Positions 10,229 through 20,177 are shown, counted from the first letter of the stretch. The stretch: DNA of 64,000 nt from an uncultured Planctomycetia bacterium (GCA_964460615.1 CAYWPX010000001.1:49826-113825); one strand, 5' to 3'. Made by a program: numbers and translations. Notes: generated by a model from the sequence alone, not told the origin.

Positions 10229-11125
10229 ATGCCAAGAAAGACAGTAAAAATAGGAAATAAAACAATAGGGGATGGGTATCCTTGTTATGTTATAGCAGAG
10301 ATAGGCATAAATCATAACGGCTCTTTGGATATAGCAAAAAAACTTATTGATGTTGCCATTGAGTCCGGATGTGACGCTGTAAAATTCCAGAAAAGGACCG
10401 TAGAAATTGTCTATACAGCCGAAGAGCTTTTAAAACCCAGAGAGAACCCATTCGGCACAACCAATGGCGATCTTAAAAGAGGGCTGGAATTCGGGGTCAA
10501 TGAGTATAAAGAAATCGATAGTTATTGTAAATCCAAGGGTATCGATTGGTTTGTATCGTGCTGGGATGAAAAATCGGTTGATTTTATGAAGCAGTTTAAC
10601 CCTCCTTGTTATAAGATCGCCTCCGCGTCTTTGACCGATGAGAATCTTTTAAAACACCACCTTACCACAAAAAAACCTATAATTCTTTCTACCGGTATGA
10701 GCGATATTAAGATGATTGAAGATGCTGTCAAAATATTAGGGGAGGACAATCTTGTTATAATGCACTGCACAAGTACCTATCCGTCAAAGCCGGAAGAACT
10801 TAATCTGAAAGGGATAGAGACTTTGAGGAATAGATTTAATGTTCCGATAGGCTATTCCGGGCATGAGGTCGGGTTGTATACCACTTATGCCTCAGTAATA
10901 TTGGGCGCAAATTCTGTCGAGAGGCACATTACCTTAGACAGGTCAATGTGGGGAAGCGATCAGGCTGCTTCGGTAGAGCCTCAGGGTATGAAAAGGCTTG
11001 TAGCTGATATAAGGACGTGGGAAGCGGCGAAAGGTGACGGTGAAATAAAGATTTATGATAGCGAAATCCCTATAATCCAGAAACTTAGAAGAGTGAATTC
11101 AAAGTCGGGGGTTTTATCAAAATAG
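10229..11125 (+). CDS. NeuB-family nonulosonic-acid (sialic/pseudaminic/legionaminic-type) synthase, apparently lacking a full C-terminal SAF domain
   Basis: CYVIAEIGINHNGSLDIAKKLIDVA..GCDAVKFQKR is the canonical NeuB TIM-barrel N-terminus. It is 298 aa, against about 335-350 for NeuB, PseI and LegI. Confidence 0.8.
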   Translation: MPRKTVKIGNKTIGDGYPCYVIAEIGINHNGSLDIAKKLIDVAIESGCDAVKFQKRTVEIVYTAEELLKPRENPFGTTNGDLKRGLEFGVNEYKEIDSYCKSKGIDWFVSCWDEKSVDFMKQFNPPCYKIASASLTDENLLKHHLTTKKPIILSTGMSDIKMIEDAVKILGEDNLVIMHCTSTYPSKPEELNLKGIETLRNRFNVPIGYSGHEVGLYTTYASVILGANSVERHITLDRSMWGSDQAASVEPQGMKRLVADIRTWEAAKGDGEIKIYDSEIPIIQKLRRVNSKSGVLSK

Positions 11126-11129
11126 TAAG

Positions 11130-12326
11130 GTGAAAAAAATGATCGATGCAGATTTGAAAATAGATTTCCCCGGGGTTCAGACAAGGCTTCTCGCCGAAGA
11201 AGAAAAAAAGGTAATGGAATGCATCCATAACGCCAGGGTCTTAACGATGGGGCCATACCTCAAAGAGTTAGAGAATAATTTTGCAAAGTATTTAGGTGTG
11301 AAATACGCTCTGGGGGTCAATAACTGCACTTCCGCTTTGGAATTAGCGGCTATGATAATTAATCTAAAAGAGGATGACGAGGTTATTATACCGGCGCATA
11401 CTTTTACCTCGAGTGCCATCCCGTTTTTAAGGCTAAAATGTAAGATCGTATTCGTTGATATAGACCCTAAAACTTTCGTCATGTCTATGGATGATATTAA
11501 AAAGAAGGTGACGAATAAGACCAAGGTTATTATGGCTGTGCATCTATATGGGCTTATGGCTCCGATGAGAGAAATTTCAAAATTAGCCAAAGAAAGAAAT
11601 ATAATAATTATTGAGGATGTTGCCCAGGCACCCGGCGCCGAAATTGACGGCAAAAAATCCGGCGCTTGGGGGGATACGGCATGTTTTAGTTTCCATAGCC
11701 AGAAAAATATAACAGCTCTTGGCGAAGGAGGGATGATTACTACCAATGACGAGAGTTCTTATGAAAGTATTCTGGGCTTAAGAAAAATAGGAAGTAAACC
11801 CTATAATAACCAGGAGTTTTACTGGAAGCCGGCGATGACAAATATTATCGAGGCCCTTCCGGGAAGAGTGCCTTACAATTTTGCCTTGCCTGAACCTAAT
11901 GCCTGTGCCGCTAATTCAATACTTCTGAGGCTCGACAAGGTTAATAATACAAGATTTGAACAGGCGAGGCTTATAAAAGACTCTCTATCAGAATTCAAGG
12001 AACTGGAATTTCAGGAGATACCCCCTGGATACAAGCACGTGTATCATCTATTAGTGGCTCGCTATACCTCCGGGACCAGCCACAGGGACGATCTTATAGA
12101 GCTTTTATATACCAAATATGGCATCAAATGTGTTGTACAGTATAATCCTCTTTATAATTATGATCTCTTTATTAAAAACGGCTATACCAAAAAGACATGC
12201 CCGGAAGCGGACAGGTTTTTTGGCAATATGATATCGTTTCCATTCTGGTCGGATATGCCTAAAGAAGACATAGATTATATAATTAATTCCACCAGAGAAG
12301 CGATCTTAACTTTGAGGAAAAAGTAA
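11130..12326 (+). CDS. DegT/DnrJ/EryC1-family aminotransferase (PseC/LegC-like)
   Basis: 398 aa, PLP sugar aminotransferase motifs (NCTSALELAA, FSFHSQKNITALGEGG). Confidence 0.75.
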   Translation: MKKMIDADLKIDFPGVQTRLLAEEEKKVMECIHNARVLTMGPYLKELENNFAKYLGVKYALGVNNCTSALELAAMIINLKEDDEVIIPAHTFTSSAIPFLRLKCKIVFVDIDPKTFVMSMDDIKKKVTNKTKVIMAVHLYGLMAPMREISKLAKERNIIIIEDVAQAPGAEIDGKKSGAWGDTACFSFHSQKNITALGEGGMITTNDESSYESILGLRKIGSKPYNNQEFYWKPAMTNIIEALPGRVPYNFALPEPNACAANSILLRLDKVNNTRFEQARLIKDSLSEFKELEFQEIPPGYKHVYHLLVARYTSGTSHRDDLIELLYTKYGIKCVVQYNPLYNYDLFIKNGYTKKTCPEADRFFGNMISFPFWSDMPKEDIDYIINSTREAILTLRKK

Positions 12327-12327
12327 T

Positions 12328-13125
12328 ATGGCCTTAAATGGTTTAGCATGCGTAAATGTAGAACTCACATCAAGATGCAATAAAAAATGCTGGATGTGCG
12401 GCCGCAGGAAGGTTGATAATGACTATCCGGAGTTAGCGCTTAAATACGGCGATATGGATTTTGATCTGGTTAAAAAAATAGCTAGCTCACTTCCGCCGAA
12501 TATAGTTACGCAGTTCCATAAGGACGGCGAGGCGCTTTTGTATCCACGTTTCGGTGAAGCGGTAAAACTTTTTAAGAATCAAATCAAAAATATCGTTACT
12601 AACGGCAAACTTATAGTAGAAAAGGCCGATGAAATAATCGATAATCTTGATACGATATCGATTTCAGTTTTTGAGGGCGATGAGGAGGCTGACGAGCAGC
12701 TGGAGCTTGTCAAAAAATTTCTTAAGCTAAAAGGTGACAGAAAACCTTTTACGAGCCTCAGGCTTATAGGGGAAGTTGACCCGGCAAAGTATGAGAAATT
12801 AGGATGCCTTATAATTAAAAGAGTCCTTCACGCCCAGATGGGGAGCTATAACTATCGCAAAAAAAATCCTACAATACCCGAAATCGGTATCTGCTGGGAT
12901 TTTCTGCATCATATGTGCATCAATAGGGAAGGCAACGTATCTATTTGCGTGCGTTTTGATCCCAAAGGGCTTGGTATTATAGGAAACCTTGAGAATAATT
13001 CGATTGATGAGATTTGGAATAGCCCAAAACGTATGGAGTGGCTTGAGCATCATAAGCTCGGCAAAAGGTCGGAGATACCGTTATGTTCATATTGTGAATT
13101 TTGGGGAGTTCCGACTTCAACTTAA
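12328..13125 (+). CDS. small radical SAM enzyme with C-terminal SPASM/twitch-like cysteine cluster (BtrN-like size)
   Basis: CNKKCWMC is the CxxxCxxC motif near the N-terminus. Additional Cys cluster CWDFLHHMC...ICVRF...CSYCEFWG at the C-terminus. 265 aa. Confidence 0.6.
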   Translation: MALNGLACVNVELTSRCNKKCWMCGRRKVDNDYPELALKYGDMDFDLVKKIASSLPPNIVTQFHKDGEALLYPRFGEAVKLFKNQIKNIVTNGKLIVEKADEIIDNLDTISISVFEGDEEADEQLELVKKFLKLKGDRKPFTSLRLIGEVDPAKYEKLGCLIIKRVLHAQMGSYNYRKKNPTIPEIGICWDFLHHMCINREGNVSICVRFDPKGLGIIGNLENNSIDEIWNSPKRMEWLEHHKLGKRSEIPLCSYCEFWGVPTST

Positions 13126-13154
13126 AGTTTTATTAAAAATGGAGTCAGCCAATA

Positions 13155-13814
13155 ATGCCAAATTCTAAAAATAAAATAAATCATAGGCCCTATATCCTCG
13201 GTGTAATACCGGCAAGAGGCGGGAGCAAAGGGATAAAAAGAAAAAATATCAAACCTATTAACGGAAAGCCGCTTATATACTGGTCCATTAAGGCTGCCAA
13301 AGAGTCAAAGCTTTTGAGTAGTTTTATTGTATCTACTGAGGATAAAGAGATAAAGTCTGTTGCCCATAAATATGACGCTCTTGTTCTTGACAGGCCAAAG
13401 GAGCTTGCCAGGGATTTTTCTACAACTCTTTCGGTACTTCAGCATATTATAAAGGTTATGTCGTATGTTGATATTATTGTTCTCCTCCAGCCGACATCTC
13501 CCTTAAGAGACGGCAAGCTTATTGATATGGCAATAAAAAAGTTCATCGAAAATAAAGTCGATACCTTAGCGACCGGATATATGTCGTTTGAATATGAATG
13601 GGGCTCAACCCAGAATACGCCAAGACAGAAATTGACCGGATGGTTCTATGATGACGGCAATGTTTATGTACATAAAGCCTCAGCATTAGCTAAAGGTGAG
13701 TGGGTCGGAAAGAAGAAATACCCTCTTGTTATTGACAAAAAATATAATTATGAGATCGATGATGAGATGGATTTTTTGATAGTCGAAACTCTTATGAAAA
13801 GGTTTTCCCGATAA
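13155..13814 (+). CDS. CMP-nonulosonate synthetase (acylneuraminate cytidylyltransferase family, NeuA/PseF/LegF-like)
   Basis: ILGVIPARGGSKGIKRKNIKPINGKPLI, the canonical CMP-sugar cytidylyltransferase N-terminus. 219 aa. Confidence 0.8.
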   Translation: MPNSKNKINHRPYILGVIPARGGSKGIKRKNIKPINGKPLIYWSIKAAKESKLLSSFIVSTEDKEIKSVAHKYDALVLDRPKELARDFSTTLSVLQHIIKVMSYVDIIVLLQPTSPLRDGKLIDMAIKKFIENKVDTLATGYMSFEYEWGSTQNTPRQKLTGWFYDDGNVYVHKASALAKGEWVGKKKYPLVIDKKYNYEIDDEMDFLIVETLMKRFSR

Positions 13815-13816
13815 AT

Positions 13817-15223
13817 ATGAAAATACTTCTTATATATCCAAATTGCGAAGGTTATGGCAGGATACCTATAGGCCTCTCATTGATATCCGCAAGTCTAAAA
13901 AAGGCAGGGCATGAGGTCAGGCTTTTTGACCTGACGTTCAAGGTAAGCCGCAATATTGATAATGAAGAGCGTGAGGCGATCGGTACTGCCAAAAAAGTTG
14001 ATACGCTTTCTTATTGGGGAGAGGTTACAAATTCTGATATACATCAGGAATTAAAAGAGCTTATAGGTGAATATAACCCTCGCCTTGTGGGCATTACTCT
14101 TATTCAGAATAATTACTGGACAAGTGTAGACCTATTAAAAACTATCCGCAGCGTCAGTGACGCGCATATTGTAGCAGGCGGAGTATTTTCGACGGTTTCC
14201 CCCCAGATACTCCTAATGGATAACCTTGTTGATAGTGTTATTATGGGAGAGGGCGAGATAGCTTCTGTGGAGCTGGCCAAGAGGATCGAAGCGCATAAGG
14301 ATTATAGAGACGTCAGTAACCTTGCATACCTTAAGGACGGTAAAGTTATCCGCAATCCGATACTTGGCTATGTAAAGCTGGATGATATCCCGTTCCAGGA
14401 CCTCAGCATCTTTGACGAGAGACATTTTATGAAGCCTTTTGACGGCAGAATGGTGAGGGCGGGTTACGTTGAGCTTACAAGGGGATGCCCCTTTAGCTGC
14501 ACATACTGTGTAAATTATTTTCTTAATGAAGAACTTTATTCACACGAGACAAAGCATATAAGGTTCAGGGATCCTGAGAATTCAATCAATGAGATAAGGG
14601 AATTAAAAAGTAAGTATAATTTTAATTTCATATTTTTTACCGATGAAAATATTCTGGTGCTTCCCTATAAGGAACTCAAAAAATATGCCGAGCTTTGGAA
14701 TAAATATATCAAGCTTCCTTTCTATGTGACAACAAGGGTTGAAGTAGCTACTGAAGATAAAGTGAGCCTTTTAAGGGATATGGGCTGCGCGACAGTTGCT
14801 TTTGGGATAGAATGCGGAAATGAAAAATACCGAAGAGAGATGCTTACAAGGCTTACCACAAACGCCCAGATAATAAAGGCTTTTAAGCTATGCAAAAAAT
14901 ATGGCATTAGGACCACCGCAAATAATATGTTCGGCTTCCCTTATGAGACCGAAGATCTGATATTCGACACTATAAAATTAAATATAGACGCTGATCCCGA
15001 CAGTTATTCACTCAGCATATTCGCTCCTTATATAGGTACAAAGCTCCACGAGATCTGCCTTAAAGAGGGTTACATAGAGCCCGGGATACCGCGTAAGATC
15101 TCCATGATAGATGAAAGCATATTGACTATGCCTCAGCTTAGTAAGGATAGGATCCGCGAGCTTTACGCTAATTTTGTAAAATACGTTTCAAAAGAGATCG
15201 CTATTCCAAAAGAGTATCAGTAG
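13817..15223 (+). CDS. cobalamin(B12)-binding-domain radical SAM protein, class B, paralog 1
   Basis: N-terminal Rossmann-like B12-binding domain (KILLIYPN...IGLSLISASL), then GCPFSCTYC as CxxxCxxC. 468 aa. Confidence 0.8.
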   Translation: MKILLIYPNCEGYGRIPIGLSLISASLKKAGHEVRLFDLTFKVSRNIDNEEREAIGTAKKVDTLSYWGEVTNSDIHQELKELIGEYNPRLVGITLIQNNYWTSVDLLKTIRSVSDAHIVAGGVFSTVSPQILLMDNLVDSVIMGEGEIASVELAKRIEAHKDYRDVSNLAYLKDGKVIRNPILGYVKLDDIPFQDLSIFDERHFMKPFDGRMVRAGYVELTRGCPFSCTYCVNYFLNEELYSHETKHIRFRDPENSINEIRELKSKYNFNFIFFTDENILVLPYKELKKYAELWNKYIKLPFYVTTRVEVATEDKVSLLRDMGCATVAFGIECGNEKYRREMLTRLTTNAQIIKAFKLCKKYGIRTTANNMFGFPYETEDLIFDTIKLNIDADPDSYSLSIFAPYIGTKLHEICLKEGYIEPGIPRKISMIDESILTMPQLSKDRIRELYANFVKYVSKEIAIPKEYQ

Positions 15224-15259
15224 AAATAGATAATCATTAAAGAAGAGGGGAAGATAAAA

Positions 15260-16786
15260 GTGCAAAAAGTGAATAAAAATTCAAATAAAGATTTTAAAGT
15301 GTTGTTCATCTATTATAACCCGCGCAAAATGTCCTTGGTCCCGCCTTCTATCGCGCTTTTTTCAAGCTTATTAAAATCAATAGATGTAAAAGTGGATCTA
15401 TTTGATACAACACTTTACGAAAAACAGGATAATCTTGATTCTGACGCTATTGAAGAGAAAAATCTTACCGTAAAACCTTTTTCCGAGAGCCTAAATGTCA
15501 CTAAAAAGGTTAATTATCGAAGTGCCGATATAGCTGGCGACCTGGATAGCCTGATAAAAAGCTTTAAGCCGGATCTATTAGCGGTAACAGCAGTGGAAAG
15601 TACGTTTGAAGGGAGTATTGCGCTTTTAAAAAAGATCCGTCATCATAAGATCCCTACAATTATCGGAGGGGTTTTTGCAACATTTGCCCCGGAGATCGTA
15701 ATATCATATCCTGAAATCGATATGTTATGCATCGGAGAAGGTGAGAAGGCGATCATAGAGTTAGTTCTAAAGATGCGCGAAGGCAAGGATTATTCGGATG
15801 TAACCAATCTGTGGGTAAAAAAGCAAGACGGCTCAGTTATTAAAAATCCTATAGCGAGGTTAGTTAGTCTGGACGAAAACCCCCTCCCTGATATGTCGAT
15901 TTTTGAGGACTCAAGGTTTTATAGGGCGATGGGCGGCAAGATTTATAAGATGTTCGCTGTGGAGACGCATAGAGGATGCATATTTAGCTGCGGATTCTGC
16001 AATTCGCCTTTACAGAATAGGTTCTACAAGGAAAATACAAATCAGATATATTTTCGCCACAAATCCATCGAGAAGGTCAAAGAAGAGATCGACTATTATG
16101 TAAAATTAGGCGCCGAGTATATTTTTTTATGGGCGGACAATTTTTTTGCATATCCTGACAAGTTGATTGATGAATTCTGTGAAATGTATAAAGAGTATAA
16201 GCTGCCTTTTTATTGCCAGTCTCACCCTGAGAATCTTAAAAAAGAGAGGATCCTGAAGCTTAAGGAGATCGGGATGCAGCGTATCGGCATAGGTATTGAG
16301 CATGGCAATGAGGATTTCAGGAAAAGGGTAGTCAATAGAAACTACACCAATGCTATGCTTATAGAGCGTCTTAAGATGCTTACGGACCTTGGTGTTGAAT
16401 ATAGCGTAAATAATATAATAGGATTTCCTGAAGAGACGCCGGAACTTGTCATGGACACTATTGAGCTTAATCGCCAGCATACGGCAAGTGACATAAGCTG
16501 TTCGATATTTACCCCTTTTCACGGGACACCTTTAAGAAAACTGGCGCTTGAAAGAGGTTATTTGAAAGATCCGGAGCTCATTGCGCCGTCAAATGCCGAT
16601 TCGTCGGTTCTTGTAATGCCTGATTTCAGTCAGGATGAGATATTAGGTAAACAGCGTACATTTATTTTTTATATCAAATTTCCGAAGGATCGCTGGGGCG
16701 AGATCAGTAAAGCAGAAAAATTGACTCCCGAAGGTGACAGGATATGGGCGAGACTCAGAGAAGAGTTCGTAAAGACGTATCTATAA
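15260..16786 (+). CDS. cobalamin-binding radical SAM protein, class B, paralog 2 (GTG start)
   Basis: VLFIYYNPRK...SIALFSSLL B12-domain, then GCIFSCGFC. 508 aa. A GAGGGGA RBS precedes the GTG start. Confidence 0.8.
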   Translation: MQKVNKNSNKDFKVLFIYYNPRKMSLVPPSIALFSSLLKSIDVKVDLFDTTLYEKQDNLDSDAIEEKNLTVKPFSESLNVTKKVNYRSADIAGDLDSLIKSFKPDLLAVTAVESTFEGSIALLKKIRHHKIPTIIGGVFATFAPEIVISYPEIDMLCIGEGEKAIIELVLKMREGKDYSDVTNLWVKKQDGSVIKNPIARLVSLDENPLPDMSIFEDSRFYRAMGGKIYKMFAVETHRGCIFSCGFCNSPLQNRFYKENTNQIYFRHKSIEKVKEEIDYYVKLGAEYIFLWADNFFAYPDKLIDEFCEMYKEYKLPFYCQSHPENLKKERILKLKEIGMQRIGIGIEHGNEDFRKRVVNRNYTNAMLIERLKMLTDLGVEYSVNNIIGFPEETPELVMDTIELNRQHTASDISCSIFTPFHGTPLRKLALERGYLKDPELIAPSNADSSVLVMPDFSQDEILGKQRTFIFYIKFPKDRWGEISKAEKLTPEGDRIWARLREEFVKTYL

Positions 16787-16806
16787 TAGAAGAAATTAAC
16801 GGCTAA

Positions 16807-18618
16807 ATGAATCTAATTTTCCTTGAAGAGATTGAGCAGATCGATAGTGTAGCCGGATTACTTAAAGCTGGTTACAGGGCCGTTGCCTTTACGCCGAAAG
16901 TTGTGCATGAGCTGGAAAAAAAAGGGATCGCTTACCTTCGGCCGGAGGATTACTATGATAATGACGCTTTGCAAAGAGAATGGACAGGTTATTATGATCT
17001 ATCCTGGAAGATCATCCGTTCTTTAGACGACGAGCTATTAAGTAAAACTGATGATTTTGATCTGTCGAAACTGAAGATAAGGCCTTTGGAAGCAAATGCA
17101 CAGATGTTTTTTAATATGTTTCGCCAGATCGTTATCAATATCTATATCCTAGAAAAGATCTTTGAAAAGGAATCGCCAAAAAAAGTTATTTACCCGGAAG
17201 AGATCCCCGATAAGTTGACATACAGGCTATATTTTGAAGATGAGTCGGTGGTTTCTTATCTTGTTCCTATCTTTGCCAAGATAAAAGGTTTTGAGGAAGG
17301 ATCCTTCAGTTGGCAAAAAACAGTTGTTTTGCCGGGGATCAAAAGAAGCGAACTCCCGTCTATTAGAAAATTTATCAGGGAGTCTTTATTAAGAGTAGCG
17401 GGCCATTTTAAGCATAACCCTAATAAGAGATCCATATTGGTTTTTCATAATGGGTATGATTTGAATTATATAATACCGCTGCTTTTAAAAAAGGGCCATA
17501 AGGTCATTGATTTTGAGGCATTTTTAAAGAATACTAAGAAGGTATCTGAAAGAGCATATTATCATCTCGTCTTTTCCAAGGATAATAATTATGAAAGTCT
17601 TTTTGAATACAGATCGGTCAACTTTTTCCCACTTGTTAAAACAAGGCTTGCTTTTTATCTGGACAATGTTCTGCCGGGGTATATCTCTTTAAAGCATGAT
17701 CTGGAAAAATTATTAAAAAGATCAGATATTCTTATCGGAGGGCATAGCCCGTCAAGGGTATACGAGAATATCCTTTGCGCTTTGGCAAAAGACAGGGGTA
17801 TTAAGGTCGTTTCATTCCAGCACGGTGGGTACGGGGAGAGATTTAACCATATTCTTCATGTGAATGACTTTGATAATCCTTTGTGTGATTATTTTCTATC
17901 CTGGGGAGAAGGTGTAAAGAGGTATGCAGTAAAATACAACCTTAACCGGATAAAGATCATACCGGTCGGCTCCGCCTGGCTTGACAGCCTTGCGATAAAA
18001 AACCATCATGAGGGATCGGCTGATGATAGCATTAAAACTATTCTTTATATACCTACATCTTTGAGAGTAAAGCCGAGATCCAGGATGCTTCCCGGCGAGT
18101 ATTCGGATAATACCTATTATGATCTTCAGAAAAAAATTATTTCGTCGGTTGCTAAAGATCCTAATGTCAAATTGTTAGTTAAGCTTCACCCGGGGGATGA
18201 GGCGGTTAATCCAATAATAGATTTTATAAAAGAGGCAAATCTTAATAACTGTTCGATCGTGTATGGAGAGCTTTCGAGGTGGTTTGAGGGTTCGGACCTT
18301 GTTATTTCGGATTTTATGTCGACGACCCTATTAGTGGCTTTGAGCATGAAAAAGAACGTATTTTTTTATATAGATAGTACGGCAATGCTTCTTGAAAGAG
18401 ACGCCCGGGCGATGATCGACAAAGCTGCTTATACCTTTACAAGTATCAATGATTTTTTGGGATCGATATCCGATTATGTAGATTCACCCGGCAAATTTCC
18501 CAGAAAGACCGGTGATGAGTTCATAATTAATTACGGTACATATATGAATGACGGACAAAGCGGAAAAAGGGCGGTTGAGGCGATCGAAAAAATATTTCCG
18601 GGGGCCAGTTTAAACTGA
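16807..18618 (+). CDS. hypothetical protein, possibly a GT-B-like transferase (TagF or capsule-biosynthesis-like C-terminal half); candidate nonulosonate transferase
   Basis: 603 aa and soluble. Only weak resemblance in the C-terminal region (GGHSPSRVYENILCA...VSFQHGGYGE; DLVISDFMSTTL). The assignment comes mainly from position after the CMP-sugar genes. Confidence 0.3.
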   Translation: MNLIFLEEIEQIDSVAGLLKAGYRAVAFTPKVVHELEKKGIAYLRPEDYYDNDALQREWTGYYDLSWKIIRSLDDELLSKTDDFDLSKLKIRPLEANAQMFFNMFRQIVINIYILEKIFEKESPKKVIYPEEIPDKLTYRLYFEDESVVSYLVPIFAKIKGFEEGSFSWQKTVVLPGIKRSELPSIRKFIRESLLRVAGHFKHNPNKRSILVFHNGYDLNYIIPLLLKKGHKVIDFEAFLKNTKKVSERAYYHLVFSKDNNYESLFEYRSVNFFPLVKTRLAFYLDNVLPGYISLKHDLEKLLKRSDILIGGHSPSRVYENILCALAKDRGIKVVSFQHGGYGERFNHILHVNDFDNPLCDYFLSWGEGVKRYAVKYNLNRIKIIPVGSAWLDSLAIKNHHEGSADDSIKTILYIPTSLRVKPRSRMLPGEYSDNTYYDLQKKIISSVAKDPNVKLLVKLHPGDEAVNPIIDFIKEANLNNCSIVYGELSRWFEGSDLVISDFMSTTLLVALSMKKNVFFYIDSTAMLLERDARAMIDKAAYTFTSINDFLGSISDYVDSPGKFPRKTGDEFIINYGTYMNDGQSGKRAVEAIEKIFPGASLN

Positions 18619-20177
18619 TGCAACTAAAAAAGGTTGATTCTGTAAGAAAGAGGTACCTCGTCACGCTCTTTAGCAACGTAGTCTTATTCATGGCGAGCAT
18701 TGTAACTGCCGGTATTGTCCCTAGGGCGCTGGGGCCTAAAGAGCTAGGGGATTTCGGTTTTTTAAACCGCGTTTCCAGTTCATTCAGAAATATGCTTGAT
18801 ATGGGTACGTCAAGCGCTTTTTTTAACCTCAATTCCAAAGAGGAAAAGACAGGTTCTTTAGTAAAAGCTTACTCGCTCTGGTTTTTGTTCCAGTTAGTAT
18901 TGATAATAAGCCTTATTATCTTGGCATTCTTGATAGGGATAAAGGATCTTATCTGGCCGGGCCAGGAGCTAAAATACATAGTCTGGGTAGCCGTTTTTGA
19001 CTGGGTATTTTTCTCGGCAAGCTTATTAAGACAGCTCGGCGACAGCAAAGGCCATACGACAAATGCGCAGTTAATAAATCTGGTTATAAGTATCTTAAAT
19101 ATTGTTGTTTTAGTTTTTTTTGCGCTTAAAGGATTTTTAAATATAGGCTTTTACATAGCCATCCAGATATTCAGTTCTGCGCTTATTTCGTTATTTATCA
19201 TGTTATTTGTAATAGCCCCCCACAGGGATATTTACTGGGATGGTAAAATCACCGATCACTTAAAAGGGACGATCAAATACTTCAAAGAATTCTGTTCGCC
19301 GCTAGTTATGATAATGATCGTGAGTTTTATTTTTGAGTATTTTGACAGGATGTTCTTGCAGAGGTTCGGCGGGTCGGTAGAGCAGGGGTATTTTCATATT
19401 GCCTCGAGTTGGGCGACATTTTCAACGCTCTTCACAGCATCGTTCCTTTCGATATATAAAAGGGAGGTTGCTTATTCTTTAGGCGGTAATGATAAGCTAA
19501 GGGCATCCGAGATCTTTAGCAAGTACATTAAGATGCTTTACTTTATCACATTGACATTGGCGGTTTTATTGGCTTTTAACGCTAAAGAGTTATTGGAGCT
19601 TATTGCCGGGCCTAAATTCACTCCGGCTACTATGGTCTTATTTTTGATGGCTTTTTATCCTATTCACCAGGTCTATGGGCAGCTTGGCGGGGCGACATTC
19701 TATTCGACTGAAAGGACAAAGGCTCTTAGGAATATTCAGATTGTCGGGATGCTTCTTGGGATAGGGTTAACATATCTATTTTTAGCCCCCTCAACATTAT
19801 TAATACCGGGGCTTGGAATGGGTTCAGTGGGGTTGGCTTTTAAAACAGTTTTATTGAATATTATTATAGTTCAGGTGTATTTAGTTTCTAATTGCAGGTA
19901 TTTTAAAATAAGCCCTAAGCCATTTTGGGTCCATCAGATATATACGGTTTTGATTTTATTTGTTCTGATGGTGGTTTTAAAATGGGCGGTATTCTTTTTT
20001 ATCGGCGGAGTTTCACCTTTGGTTATTTTTGGAAAGCTTGCGCTTTTGGCATTTTTGTATTTTGTTCTTATATTTATTATGATCTATTTTTTCCCGCATA
20101 TTGCGGGTTTGAAAAAGGAAGAGATTGATTTCGTGCTTGATAAGATAAAGGCGGTCTTAAGGTTTAAAAAGGCCTAA
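18618..20177 (+). CDS. polysaccharide-biosynthesis/MOP-superfamily membrane protein (Wzx-like flippase)
   Basis: 519 aa, about 14 hydrophobic segments, with a charged N-terminus followed by repeated TM helices typical of Wzx/MATE-like exporters. Confidence 0.55.
   Translation: MQLKKVDSVRKRYLVTLFSNVVLFMASIVTAGIVPRALGPKELGDFGFLNRVSSSFRNMLDMGTSSAFFNLNSKEEKTGSLVKAYSLWFLFQLVLIISLIILAFLIGIKDLIWPGQELKYIVWVAVFDWVFFSASLLRQLGDSKGHTTNAQLINLVISILNIVVLVFFALKGFLNIGFYIAIQIFSSALISLFIMLFVIAPHRDIYWDGKITDHLKGTIKYFKEFCSPLVMIMIVSFIFEYFDRMFLQRFGGSVEQGYFHIASSWATFSTLFTASFLSIYKREVAYSLGGNDKLRASEIFSKYIKMLYFITLTLAVLLAFNAKELLELIAGPKFTPATMVLFLMAFYPIHQVYGQLGGATFYSTERTKALRNIQIVGMLLGIGLTYLFLAPSTLLIPGLGMGSVGLAFKTVLLNIIIVQVYLVSNCRYFKISPKPFWVHQIYTVLILFVLMVVLKWAVFFFIGGVSPLVIFGKLALLAFLYFVLIFIMIYFFPHIAGLKKEEIDFVLDKIKAVLRFKKA

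Noticed and set aside
11177-11746. 189-aa minus-strand ORF
   Set aside because: It is antisense to the DegT aminotransferase (11130-12326). The translation is Ser/Ile/Phe-rich with no motif and there is no RBS context.
15903-16103. Short + strand ORF (66 aa) and the other sub-100-aa ORFs on either strand listed in the track
   Set aside because: All are nested inside or antisense to larger, well-supported CDSs. None has an independent RBS or domain signal.
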